Assembly: GCF_963921235.1 (NCBI RefSeq)
Contig: NC_086109.1
Span: 11,780,001 to 11,844,000, forward strand
From: Mobula hypostoma
Lineage: Eukaryota
Direction of reading: 5' to 3'
DNA: 64,000 nucleotides
Shown here: positions 25,626 through 38,703 of the stretch, piece after piece
How positions within the stretch are numbered: position 1 is the first letter of the stretch
Layout of the letters: every line of letters begins with the position of its first letter
Notes under the pieces: generated by a model
What the model saw: only the letters and a program-made list of their open reading frames with translations
Databases searched by the model: none
Told to the model about the DNA's origin: nothing
Translations under genes and position numbers: made by a program

Positions 25626-27189
25626 ATAAAATACCATTTATGGAACAGAGATTTTATTCAATGGCTTGGAGGATAGTTGTATAAAAGTTGTGCATAACCT
25701 ACACAGACTCAATATGTTATTGGTAGGAAAATTACCCCATGCCCTCCAGGGGCCAGAAACAGTGTTTTCTTTATTAGGCTCTGGGATTAAGTAGAAGCTG
25801 CCACTGTACAAGGGGATGCATGGTGGTGTAGTGGGTAGAACTTGTCGCTCTCACTTTCAGATGCCACCGCTGGCTAGAATTTGCAAAATGGAGATTTGCC
25901 TGTGCAAGTCTCTCCCTGCCAGTACACAGTCTCTCCAACAGCAAGACTCATGTAGTGCCTCCTCGCTGGCGACACACGGAAACTGAACTCCTCTCGGACT
26001 CGGGCTGAACTACAGAGGACAGGGAGGAGGTCTGGCCCCTGCACATGTAGCACAGAGGCCCACTAGTGTGTGGACGCGCCCTGGTGCTGGTGAACCAGAT
26101 CGCCAGCTTTGGGTAAATAGCCCCATTGCCTTGTGGGCAGCCTCAGGAGAAATGAAGGCTATGGGAGTAAACCCAGAGAGCAAATCTGGTGTCGAGCCCA
26201 TAAGGCAGCTGGACGTCATTGAATATCCTTCTGGCAGCTCCTGCACCCAAGCTGGTGCCAAACAAATTGCTTCATAAGCTTTCCTTCGGACTACACTGGT
26301 GAGGCCAAGAGGGGGATCTTGATGACTGGGCATCTCAGGATCTTCATACCTTCCACCCAGGCTTGTGATGATGATGATGATCACCCATTGTCCTTCTAGA
26401 AAGGCAAATGCCAACGACCACCACTGTTCAAGCTCACAGATTTATGGAAGGACATGTTCACTCTGTCCATACTAGCACAGCTCAAGCTTCACCAGCTCTG
26501 CAACTACAGGTGCTTTGAGGATCATGTCCAAGGTCTTTGCAATTTCAACTTCTCAGCAACCTAGGACACATACACCCGCTACTTTTTTTTTGTCAATTAC
26601 TCATTCTGTATCCACCAATCATTTTTGCCCTTTGCTAGTCTCTCTGTTCTGTATTCATTTTCTGATTTTAAGCACTGCTGTCAATCTCTTTGCAATTTTT
26701 TTCCTGTTCCAATACCTTGCAATTGAACCACTGGACTGAAGTCCTTCATCCTTAAATGTGATTCATAAATTCCTTCCATAACTCTCTCAAGCTTCCACAA
26801 TTAAGTACAATGCCCACAATATTCCAATTGCAGCCAGGCTTATATTGTATAAACAGAGACACAAGAAGCTGCAGATTCTGGAATCAGGAACAAAAAATAA
26901 TAATCCTGATCTGAAACAGTAAAAATTTTTGCACCTCCACCCCAACTCCCACAGATACGGTTTGTCCCACTGTGCTACTCATGCAGTTTGCCTTTTATTC
27001 CATGTTTTATAAAGTTTCTATCTAACTTCATTTCTGTTGAACTCTGTATCAATATACAGGTGACATCCTGTCAGGCCTTGAACCTAGGTCTCCAGCATGG
27101 TAGTCTTGAACTCTACCACTGTACACAAGGGACTGAATGAGAAATGAACCCAAGTGCAGAGATCATGCAGGAGGCCAAAGTGAATATTC

Positions 27190-28120
27190 AGGCAGGTACT
27201 TTGCTAGCCTCTGCATCCAGCACATAATTCTCCGTAACTTCTGCCATCTCCAACAGGATCCCACTACTGAGCACACCTTTCCCTCCACCCCCCTCACCAT
27301 TTTCTGATCACTCCCTACGTGACTCCCTTGTCCATTCATCCTTCCCTACGGATCTCTCTCCTGGTATGTATCCTTGCAAGCGGAACATGTGCTATGCCCG
27401 CCTCTACAACTCCTTTTTTACTACCATTCAGGGCCCCTAACAGTCCTTCCAGGTAGGGCAACACTACACCTGTAAGTCTGCTGGGGTCATTTATTGTATC
27501 ATGTGTTCTAGGAGTAGCCTCCTATATATCAGAGAGACCCGACATAGATTAGGGGATTGCTTTGATAAGCACTTACGCTCCATCCACCAGAGAAAGCAGG
27601 ATCTCCCTGTGGCCGCCCATTTTAATTCTATATTCCATTTCCTTCTGACATGTCAGTCCATGGCCTCCTCTATTACTGCAATGAGGCCACACTCAGGTTG
27701 GAGGAATAACATCTTGTATTCCATCTGGGCATCCTCAAACCTGATGGCATGAACATAGATTTCCCAAGCTTCAAGTAATTGCCTCCCCCTCTCCTTCACT
27801 GTTCCCTCTCTCACCTTATCTTACCTGTCCATCACCACTCTCTGCTGCTCCTCCCCCTTCTCTTTCTTCCATGGCCTTCTGTCCTCTCCTATCAGATTCC
27901 CCCTGCTCCAGCCCTTTACCTCTCACCAATCAACTTCCCAGCTTTTCCCTCCACTCCCCCAATCACCTACCACCTTGTACTGTTTCCTCCCCTCCCCCAC
28001 CTTCTTACTCTGACCTCATCTTTCTTTCCAGTCCTGATGAAGGGTCTTAGCCCAAAACATCATGTTTACTCTTTTCCATAGGTGCTGTCTGACCTACTGA
28101 GTTCCTCCAGCAATTTTGTG
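27190..28120 (+). mobile_element. Penelope-like element 3' part (GIY-YIG remnant plus pLTR)
   Basis: GVIYCIMCSR..LLYIRETRHRLGDCF..HLRSI...LPVAAHFNS. Confidence 0.85.
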
Positions 28121-28180
28121 CTTTGCAAAAAAACTCTCAAGCAAAATGGCATTGGATTACAAAACTAACACATTATCAAG

Positions 28181-29070
28181 TCACAAACACGAGGAAATCT
28201 GCAGATGCTGGAATTTCAAGCAACACACATAAAAGTTGCCAGTGACCACAGCAGGCCAGGCAGCATCTCTAGGAAGAGGTACAGTCGACGTTTCGGGCCG
28301 AGACCCTTCGTCAGGACTAACTGAAAGAAAAGCTAGTAAGAGATTTGAAAGTGGGAGGGGGAGGGGGAGATCCAAAATGATAGGAGAAGACAGGAGGGGA
28401 GGGATGGAGCCAAGAGCTGGACGGTTGATTGGCAAAAGGGATAATGAGAGGATCATGGGACAGGAGGCCTAGGGAGAAAGAAAAGGCCTCCTCCTCTACT
28501 GTAAAGAATCCACAGTATCCTCTACTGTAAAGACCCATTCTGATATGTCTATCCACAGCCTCCTCTACTGTAAAGATGAAGTCACACTCAGATTGGAGGA
28601 ACAACATCTTATATTCCATCTGGGTAGCCTCCAACCTAATGGCATGAACATTGACTTCTCAAACTTCCACTAATGCCCCACCTCCCTATTGTACCCCATC
28701 CGTTATCTATTTATTTATATACACACATTCTTTTTCTCTCTCTCCTTTTTCTCCCTCTGTCCCTCTCACTATACCCCTTGCCCATCCTCTGGGCTTCCCC
28801 CGTCCCCCTTTTCCTTCTCCCTAGACCTCCTGTCTCATGATCCTTTCATATCCCTTTTGCCAATCACCTGTACAGCTCTTGGCTCTATCCCTCCTCCTCC
28901 TGTCTTCTCCTATCATTTCGGATCTCCCCCTCTCCCTCCCACTTTCAAATCTCTTACTAGCTCTTCCTTCAGTTAGTCCTGACAAAGGTTCTCGGCCCAA
29001 AACATCAACTGTACCTCTTCTTAGAGATGCTGCCTGGCCTGCTGTGTTCACCAGCAACTTTTATGTGTGT
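28181..29070. mobile_element. Inverted pair of Penelope pLTRs (arms about 28218-28490 and 28805-29070) around a GIY-YIG tail
   Basis: The arms are reverse complements of each other at high identity by eye. Confidence 0.85.
28283..28318 (-). ncRNA. Minimal type-I hammerhead ribozyme motif (Penelope-associated, loopless stem III)
   Basis: AGTC-CTGACGA-A-GGGT(CTCG)GCCC-GAAA-C-GTC-GACT. Full core, stem I AGTC/GACT, stem II, palindromic ACGT stem III. Confidence 0.75.
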
Positions 29071-29790
29071 TACACTATCAAGTGTTGGCTTAAAGAGTGA
29101 GCAAAGAACAGTACAATTCACACAACTTAAATACTCAGAATAACTGAACACAGGTGTAGTGAATTACCACACAAGTAACACAAGGTGAGAACGTTTAGAA
29201 ACCAGAAGCCCACTGAGGGCTTCTAACGACCAACTGTGGGACCGACCCCAAAGTCCTGACACTTCTTCAATCAATTTCCCAATCTGGAGCAGCTTTCAAT
29301 GAACTTTGCCCTGTTTATGTGCACTTTATATTGTCTTTTAGCCTTTGTGTCATAATGTAAGACTTTATATTTTTTTTATCATTAAATTGGTCAAACAGCA
29401 AAGATATAAAGTAATGTATAAAAATAAGAGAAACATTTGTTAGTAATCTGCAGTGTGGACATGCAGAGATAACTGCAACATTTATGTGGTGACCTTGATA
29501 ACACTAAGATCAAATTTAGTTTGTGCCTTCTTTAGGCATGCCTCCTTTTTTTGCTGTCTTTTTGCACTACTCATTTAATTTCATTTTTACATTCATATTT
29601 CTTATTGTCATTTATGGTTTACTTTATAATTACTGCCTCAAAACAACAAATTTCACGACATATGCCAGTGACATTAAACCTGAGTCTGATTCTGAATCTG
29701 ATTACAATTCAGAAGTGGTTTCTGTTCTGTATGAAGCTGCGTTCTTCTTAGAAGTCAATTGTTGAGTAATGCATCAAGTAAATAATTGTA

Positions 29791-29924
29791 GCAACACACA
29801 TCAAAGTTGCTGGTGAACGCAGCAGGCCAGGCAGCATCTGTAGGAAGAGGTACAGTCGACGTTACCGCTTCCTAGAGGTGCTGCCTGGCCTGCTGCATTC
29901 ACCAGCAACTTTGATGTGTGTTGC
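29791..29924. repeat. About 57-bp-stem hairpin formed from two head-to-head Penelope pLTR termini
   Basis: 29791-29847 is the near-perfect reverse complement of 29868-29924. Confidence 0.9.
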
Positions 29925-31267
29925 TTGAACTTCCAGCATCTGCAGAATTCCTGTTGTTTGCAAGTAAATAGTTGTGCTATCTGTGGTGTGGTAAACACAA
30001 TTCCTTTGTCTATAAACTAGCTCAGCAATAGCTTACTTTTAAAAGCCATGGCACAGGATAAATGGAGATTAGTTTGTGGATTTTACAGCATGCCACCTGG
30101 CTTAGCTTCTAGATTCCAGTTCCAAAGAACTTTATGTTCAGATCACCAGATCAAACACATTTAATGTTCTCATCATAAACTAACTTCTTGAGAGTTGTGA
30201 AACAAGGAAATCCTTTGAACATTTTTAAAAAAATATAAATTCAAGTATTCTTAGCAAATTCATGATTGAATAAGCATAATCCCATTATACAACGTCTTTA
30301 ATAAATCTGATCAAGAATCGGATGAATACGCATTCGCCATTAAAGGTTACCCATTAAAACATTTCCTCCCATGTTATGATGGAGAGAATTGTCTTGGTTT
30401 TTAGCAGACCCTCTACTTATAAGCAGAACAGAATTAGATTTTATTGTGAGAAACAGTCCAGCAAAGATCTCTGCACTGTTCAAGTGCACATTAAACATTC
30501 CAATATTTGTTATTGCTGGAACACCAATCTGCTGCATGAACACAGTGAGCTGACGTTTTGGGCTGAGGCCCTATACCAGGGCTTCCCATTATCATCTGAC
30601 TTCCTCCGTAATTCTCTTAAAGTGGATATGACTTGCCATCTACTACCAGCACAATTGAATGGAGAATAAATGAGAAGTTCAGCTTGCTGTGTCAAATACA
30701 ACAGCTAATTCCCCAAAACCCAGTTCAGCAGGTGAATGGGCAAGTCTCATCTCATTCTTATTCCACCCAATCACTAGAGTGTCATATAGTTTTGCCGTGC
30801 CAGACCAATGTGGAGTTTGCCACTTGTAATATACAGAGGGGATAATAGCTGTCACCTTGTTGTAATCATAACTTCATTATTTTTTGCTGCTTTTTTTTTC
30901 ACCTGGATAAGAACATTTCAATTCTGGATCTTTGCTGGTAAGAACCAGTTACGGTTTACTGCTACTTCCACTTATCATGTCCCCATCAGCCTATCATCCT
31001 CCTCATCGTGATACACCTACTGCTTTTTTAGCTTCTGCTCCACCCATTCCTCCACCTTTTTTCCGCTGGCTCTCTCCCTTCTAGCTTTCAGTCCCGATGA
31101 AGTGTCTCGACCTGAAATTCTGACTGTCCATTTCCCCTCCATAGATGCTGCTAGATCCGCTGAGTTTCCTTCAGCATTTTGTGCTGCTATAATCTCTTAA
31201 TATTCTCCAGCCAATTATTATGCATACCATTGAATTAACCTCAGAAAATTATAGGTATTGTACTCAC

Positions 31268-31359
31268 GTCTGTATTTATTCTTTAAATAGAAAATCAGAC
31301 ATATGAAAAGCACCAGGAGGAGAACCACAGCAACAATGAGCACAATTTTGGAAAAGGGT
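31268..31359 (-). CDS. Transmembrane exon PFSKIVLIVAVVLLLVLFICLIFYLKNKYR
   Basis: ttttctcttctctgcatcatag| ... TACAGAC|GTGAGT. 92 nt, phase 2 to 1. About 21 uncharged hydrophobic residues followed by a basic stop-transfer (KNKYR). Confidence 0.92.
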
Positions 31360-31909
31360 CTATGATGCAGAGAAGAGAAAAGAGTTAGCCCTGGTTAAAA
31401 AAAACCCTTGCCAAAATGTTATACAAGTCTGTAAGAAAGAGGTATAGACATCTGGCACTTGCAAAACTCGTTTTGCAACTTTCGTTGGTTTTCAACACAG
31501 TAAATGAAGAGCTTATCATCGAGTTGTCTGTTATAATCGATATCTGTACCCTGGCTTGAACTCTGAGATGAATTTATTTGTTATATACGCTGGGAAAGCG
31601 CTGGATGCTTTCTCAAGTTTAGACGTTGTGTAGTGTGGGGAATGCAACAGCTAATATGCAGTATGCATAGCAAGTGACACATGAATGTGCAGAGAATGGA
31701 GAGATATGAACTTGGAGTAGGCAGAAAGGATTGGTTTAGTTAGACACTTACTTACTAGTTTAATTAGTTCATTCCAATATTGTGGGCAGAAGGGCCTGTT
31801 CGTGTGCTGGGCTGCTCTGTTCTATGCTCCAAGATCCCACAGACAACAGTGTGATCATGACCAGCAATAGTGATGCTGGTCACAGGATAAATGTTGCCTA
31901 GGTTACCAG

Positions 31910-32770
31910 GCAGGTAGCGAGGCGGAGATATATCTCTACCAAAGGAGGTGTAGGGTGCTCTTTCCCTCCACCTCCAGGAGGTGCTGGATGGTCATATGAG
32001 AATCTGGTGCATATCACAACTCCTGCGACTACTGACGCCGGGCAGACAATCTCTGAAGAGTATTGATAATGGCTGGGGTCACCCATTTTGTAAAGACACT
32101 GCCCAGAAGAAGGCAATGGCAAACCAGTTCTGCAGAAAAATTTGCCAAGGACAATCCTGGTCATGGAAAGACCATGATCTTGCACATCATACAACATAGC
32201 CCATAATGAGCAAACAAATGATGTTATCAGGGAGCGCTTCCATACTCCCTTGAGGATATTGAATGTATCTTACACTTCTGCCTGAACAACAGCACTTCGG
32301 ATTTCCTCAGTACTGCAGTGAGACCTGGCTGCAAATCATTAAAATGGCATCACAGGTAGATAGGATTGTAATGAGAGCTTTAGGCATATTCATCACCATC
32401 ATTATTATTATATGCGTGTTGTATGACGTAGGCAATCATGGTCTCATGACCACAATTAATCTTGGCAAATTTTCCCATGGAAGTGGTTTGCTATTGCCTT
32501 CTTCTGGGCAGTGTCTTTACAAGATAGGTGACCCCGGCCGTTACCAGAACTTTTCAAAAACTGTCTGCCTGGCGTCAGTGGTCGCATAACCAGAACTTGT
32601 GATGTGCACCAGCTGCTCATACGAACATCCACCAGCTGCTCCTATAGCTTCAGGTGACCCTGATCGAGGGGCTAAGCAGGTGCTATAGCTTGACCAAGGG
32701 TGACTTCAGGCTAGTGGAGGACAGGAGCACATTACACATCCTTTGGTAGACACATGTCTCCACCCTGCCA
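31910..32770. mobile_element. Two copies of an RTE-related SINE-like repeat in inverted orientation (31910-32200 +, 32410-32770 -)
   Basis: aaagacactgcccagaagaaggcaatggcaaacca and its reverse complement; the GAAGGCAATGGCAA.CCA motif recalls BovB/RTE 3' sequences. Confidence 0.65.
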
Positions 32771-32779
32771 CCTAATTAG

Positions 32780-33400
32780 GCACATTGGCCTTCATAAACC
32801 AAGGCACTGGGGTAGAGGAGTTGGAATGTTATGTTGAAGGTGTATAAGAAATGGTGAGGCCAAATTTGGAGTTTAGTGTGAAGTTCTGTTCAGCCAATTA
32901 CAGGATAGGTAACAATAGCTTGAAAGAGGGCAGAGAAAATTCACACAGAGTTGCTGGGATTTGAAGGCCTGACTTAAAGGGATATGTTGAATAGGGGAGG
33001 ACTTTATTCATTGAAGCACAGGAGAATGAGGGGCGATCTTATAGAGGCATACAAAATTATGAGGGTGTCAGATAGGGTGAATGATTGCAGGCTTATTTCC
33101 CTCAAGTTGGGTGAGACTAGAACCACTGGTTAAAGATTTAGGGTGAAAGGTGAAATACTTGGGGGGAATCTGAGGGGGAACTTGCTCACTCAGAGGGTGG
33201 TGCAAGTGCGAAGTAAGATGCCAGTGGAAGTGGTAGAAATGGGTTCAGTTGTTAAGAGAAGTTTGGATAGGTACATAAGATGAGAAAGGTATGGAGTTCT
33301 ATGTTCCAGGTGTAGGTAGAAGAGACTAATCAGAAACATAGGCCAGCATAGACCAGATATACTGAAGGGCCTGTTTACATGCTGTAGCGCTCTATGACTG
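32780..33400 (+). mobile_element. Decayed CR1 3' fragment; similar relics at about 35000-35500, 35740-36060, 37370-37700, 40990-41230 and 62480-62790
   Basis: Degenerate RRMRGDLIE.YKI and EMRRNFFSQR motifs. Confidence 0.65.
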
Positions 33401-33677
33401 CAAGAGTTTTGTGTATGATATTAATGGTAAGTTCATCAGCTCCTCATGGTCAGATTTATATAAAGGGGTGTCCATGTAGCAGTTAGAATGCATAGTTTTG
33501 GTTATTTTGTCATCTGGTCATTATCATAGTGTTGTTTCTGGGAACTTGCTGTACACATTTATCACGGTAAAGTAAATATACTCATCTGGTTGACATCCAG
33601 GGGCATTTATCAAATCAGCGATGTTAAGGGTGAACCCACACTGTCAAAAGGCTCTGTATCCAGTCAATAAACTTACC

Positions 33678-33703
33678 TGCTCTCTCTCTCTCTCTCTCTC
33701 TCT
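33678..33703. repeat. (CT)n microsatellite; also (TA)n at about 11863-11882 and (CA)n at about 13293-13310
   Basis: Direct reading. Confidence 0.9.
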
Positions 33704-34019
33704 CCCCAGTGGCTGCACTGTCCTAGTCTATGTTTGCAACAAACTATGCTTCTCTAGTTCAAGTTTATTGTCATTCAACCCTGTACATGTATACCACCAA
33801 ACAAAACAATGTTCCTTTGGACCAAGGTTCACACACAGTACATCTCACTCACACACAACATAATATAACCACAAATACATGAACAAATAATAAAATACAT
33901 TCCAGAAGATTGACTTTAGCACAAGGTGCATTGAAAACAAATGTTAAAAAGTAAACAGGGCAATGCTACTGGCACTTTACATGTCTCTTCTTTCTCTCTT
34001 CGGCTGGCAATCGATTTTA

Positions 34020-34259
34020 ATGTTGACTGAGGCCTGGGCAAGGTTGTATGGAAGACCGGCAATTGCCCATGCTGTAAGTCTCCCCTCTCCACGCCACTGA
34101 TGTTGTCCAAGGGAAGGACACAGCTTGGCACCAGTGTCGTCACAGAGCAATGTGTGTTTAGGTGCCTTGCTCAAGGACACAACACATTGCCTCAGCTGAG
34201 GCTCGAACTAGTGACCTTCAGATCACTAGACCGACGCCCTAACCACTTGGCCACGCGCC
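34020..34259 (-). mobile_element. tRNA-derived SINE (same family as 37051-37367)
   Basis: A box TGGCCAAGTGG, B-box-like AGTTCGAGCC, gtgtccttgagcaaggcac body. Confidence 0.8.
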
Positions 34260-37050
34260 AACGCACTTTACATGTAATGAGACCTGGGTGGTGGTAGGGA
34301 GTTCAGCATCTTACAGCCTAGGGGAAGAAGTTTTTTTCCAATCTGAACAGCCCTTGTCTCCTGTCTGATGGTAGCAGGTCAAAAAAGTTATGGGATGAAA
34401 GGGAGGGTTCCTTGACAACAATAAGGCCCTGATAAACATCTCCGATGGGTGGAAAAGTGACCCTGATAATCCTCTCAGCAGCTCTTACAATCCCTGGTTG
34501 TGTCTTGTGATCAGATGCCTTGCAATTCTCATATCAAATGGTGATGCAGCTAGTCAGGACACTCTCAAAAGTGTTAATGCAAAAATTGGTTAGAATGGGT
34601 GGGGTCTCACTCATCTCAGTCTCCTCAGGAAATAGAGATGCTGCTGTGCTTCCTTGAGTAAAGAGGTGGTGTTGAGGGACTAGGTGAGATTGACACACAA
34701 CTAGTGTGTCCCATCTCTGGCAGAATCTACGGGTCCAACATTCATTACACCAGAATTTCACTACCCAGAGAATGGAGAGAATGTGGAACTTACTGTCACA
34801 GGGAAGTGGTGGCAATGTATTTAAGGAATGTATGGATGTGTTTAAGGAAAAACTGGTCACGTATATGAGGGAGTAAGATGAGCACTTCTGAGGGGTTTAA
34901 AAGCACAGCATGAAAGGGTTAAACCAAGTGGTCTCTTTCTGCACTGTGCTCTTTCTGTTACTTAACTCTATGTAATGATATGACCTCTTGCTAAAAGTGT
35001 GGACTTATTACCAGTACTCTCTTCCTCGGAATGCATTGTAGGAAGAGATAGAATATAGCACATAGAACAGTATAATACTGGAACAGGCCCTTTCATTCTT
35101 GGAAGCTCCTCTGAACTCTCTCCAATGACATTACATTATTTCTTAAATAAGGGGCCAACACTGCTAACAATACTCCAAGTGCGGCCTCACAAATACCTTA
35201 TGAATCCTCAGCGTCACATCCTTGTTTTTAACATCCTCCTGAAATGAATATTGTACCAAATTAGTAATCAAATAGCCTTGGGCCTGCACTTGCTGGAATT
35301 TAGAAGAATTGGGGGTGGGAGGTGGAATCTCATTGAAACCTATCATATTTTGAAATGTTTTGATAATGTTGATGTGGAGAGGATGTTTCTGTTAGTGAAT
35401 AAGACTAGGATCAGAGGACACAGCCTCAAAATAGAAGGACGTCCATTCAGAACGGAGATGAGGAGGAATTTCTTTAGCCAGAGGTTGGTGAATGTGGTAT
35501 TCATCGTCACAGGTGACTATGGAGGCCAGGTCATTGACCTCCACTTACTCTACTTCAAAATGCCCCTCCATATTAGAATAGAATAGAACTTTTTTGTTAT
35601 TGCTCAAGACAACGAGATTGCTCAGCACTATTTCTCCTATCCTCCACATCTTTCTCTTTGGTCTTTACTGATGTAGGATACTCACCCTCCAAAATCCAAG
35701 AAACTTTGCCCCTCTTTATCCTTGATATTCCCTGAAAGTGGTGTTATAAATAGGCAGAGTGGTGAAGAAGGTTTTTGGCATATTGGTTTCTTTTTTTCAT
35801 ACATTGAGTTTGGAGATTGGGATATAATGTTGCACTTGCATAAGACATTGATGAGGCTACATTTGGAAAACTTGTGTTCAGTTTTAGTGACCCTGCAAAA
35901 GGAAAGATGCTATTACACTGGAAAGAGAGTAGAGGAGACTTACAAGAATGTTGCCAAGACTCAAGGAACTGAATTATGGAGAGAAATTGAACAGATTGGC
36001 ACTTTTCCAATGGAGCATAAGAGGGTGAGATGTGATTTTAGAGGTGTATAAAATCATGAATGGCAGAATGAGAATTAGAATCAAGATTATCATCACTGAT
36101 ATGCTGTTGTGCTTTGTAACTCCAGAACATTGAACTAATTAAAAGAAAAAGACGGGAGATTGAAATGTGATTCTAACTTTGTGTTTACATTAGGTGAGGC
36201 TCACACGTATCATGAGGTGGCGCGATGACGTAGGCAATTCATGTAATTTGCATACAACATAGTAAATTATATGAACAACAAAGAATGCTTAATCAAACAA
36301 TATAAAGTATATACAAGATTCCTCAAATATTACTGAAATATTAAATACACAACACGTCATGAAATGTGTTGTTTGTGGCAGCAGTACAGTGTAATACATA
36401 GTTTATTTAAATACTTTTATTTATTGAGATAAAGTACAGAAGGGTCCTTCCGGCAATTCGAGCCATGCCGTCCAGCAACTCCCAATTTAATCCTAGCCTA
36501 ATCATGGGACAATTTACAATGACCAATTAATCTACCAACTGATATGTCTTTGGACTGTGGGAGGACACCGAAGCACCCAAAGGAAACCCATGCAGTCATG
36601 GGGAGAATGTACAAAGTCCTTACAAGCTGTAGCGGGAATTGAACCCACATCTCCCGTGCTAACCACAATGCTGTCATGCCACCCTGAAAATGACTATAAT
36701 ACTCAGTAAATAAATAGTGCAAAAGGCAAATAATGAGGTAATATTCATGGTTCACTATCTTTTCTGCTCTCTCTTTTTGTACTAATTTCTCTTATATATA
36801 TATATATTTCTTATTGTAATTTATAGTTTTTATTATTATGTATTGCAATGTACTGCTGTTGCAAAATAACAAATTTCATGACATAAACCAATGATATTAA
36901 ATGTGTTTCTGATTCTTATTCTGGCTTCATGGGCAGTCCATAAATTTGATGGTAGAGTGGACGGAGATGTAATTAAAACATTGACTGTAGGTGATTAGAC
37001 TCCTCTAAATAGGGTCAGTAGCATTAATACAGTCTTTATCCCCAGGGTTG

Positions 37051-37367
37051 TGGGCACGTGGCCAAGTGGTTAAGGCGTTCGACTAGCGACCTGAAGGTCA
37101 TGAGTTCGAGCCCCAGCTGAGTCAGCGTGTTGTGTCCTTGAGCAAGGCACTCAACCACACATTGTTCTGCGGCGACACTGGTGCCAAGCTGTATGGGTCC
37201 TAATGCCCTTCCCCTGGACAATATCGGTGTCGTGGAGGGGGGAGACTTGCAGCATGGGCAACTGCCGGTCTTCCATACAACCTTGCCCAGGCCTGCACCC
37301 TGGAGAGTGAAGACTTTCCAGGCGCAGATCCATGGTCTCACAAGACTAACAGATGCCTTATTATTAG
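37051..37367 (+). mobile_element. Full-length tRNA-derived SINE with 11-bp TSD, inserted in a CR1 relic
   Basis: A box TGGCCAAGTGG, B box GAGTTCGAGCC, (TTA)n tail; TSD CCCCAGGGTTG at 37040-37050 and 37368-37378. Confidence 0.9.
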
Positions 37368-38622
37368 CCCCAGGGTTGGGGAATCATGAACTAGAGGGCA
37401 TAGGATTAAGCTGAGAAGGAAGAGATTTAACAGAAACCTAAGGAACAAGATTTTGATCCGGGGTGGTCAATATATGGAATCAGCTGCCAGAGGAGGTGGT
37501 TGTGACAGATACATTAACAACATTTTAAAGGTGCATGCGAGCTCCATTTCAACATTTAGGAGAAGTTAGGACAGGATTGTAGGGATATGTAGGGCTATGG
37601 TCCTGGGGCAGGTTGAAGGGAATAGGCAGTTTAAATGGGTTCAGCATGAACTAAATGGGCCAATGGGCCTAATTCTGTGCTGTACTTCTCTATGACACTA
37701 TGACTTGATAATAGCAAAGATTAAGAGGGACATGGGCTAAACATGCGACTAGCTTAAATCTCACGCTCACGCTGCCTAAGGAAAGCTACAAGCCTCTGTA
37801 AGGACAATACACACCCATGCAATCATCTGTTTGAACTTCTTCCATCTGGCAGACGTTATAAGATTTTCTATGCCCGGACTTCCAGACTAAAGAATAGCTT
37901 TTTACCTCAGAACTATAATTGCTGTAACCAATTGATCAAGCATTATCCATAAATTTGTTATATTGCTACTTTAATACTGGTTTAATGGCTGTCATGCATC
38001 TGAGTTGCGCTTTTGTACTGCTGGACATTGCTTGTACTGGCTGATTACTTGATTTTATTTATTGTTTATTTATTTTATTTGCTGTTTTATAGCATTGAGT
38101 ATGAGAGTTGCAAACTAATTTTCGCTGTATTGGTGCATGACAAATTGTACTGTGCAATGACAATAAAGATATTTCATTTCATTCATTCATTCATCTTGCC
38201 TGGCATAGATCAGATGGGCTGAAGGGCCCTTTTGACTCAATGACTTGATGGTTCCTGCAGTTGTGTTGACCCATGTTGAGACCTTCACCACCCTCAAAGT
38301 GTGTTGTTCACAATCGATATCAAGATCCTTGCCTTGACTGTGTAATTTGATAAGAGCTGTCCAATCAGTCCCACAACAAGCTAAAAGAGTGTTACTGCTT
38401 GGTAAACACAATTAATGTCACACCATGGGATGATTTTAGTGATAGAACGGTCATGGTGGAAACTACAGGGACTAGTCTTTGAGTGGTGATATTTGGAGCA
38501 ACTTGTTCTAATTTCACAATGAAAAATGTTACAAAGATAATACAAACCTAGTGCCATTTCATTTTGCTGAGCTGCCTTTCAAAATAATGTTATATGTTTA
38601 AAATACTGCAAAGTGTTTAAGG

Positions 38623-38703
38623 TAGGGGTTCCAAACCTGGGGTCCACAGACCCGTCTGTTAATGGTAGAGGTCCAAGGCATAAAAATGGTAGGGGGTTCC
38701 CTC
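38623..38703. mobile_element. Short degenerate hAT-type MITE
   Basis: taggggttccaaacctggggtccacagaccc resembles hAT-MITE termini; the right TIR is degraded. Confidence 0.4.

Noticed and set aside
37052-37125. tRNA-like A and B boxes
   Set aside because: Continues into a SINE body with a tail and an 11-bp TSD, so it is not a tRNA gene.
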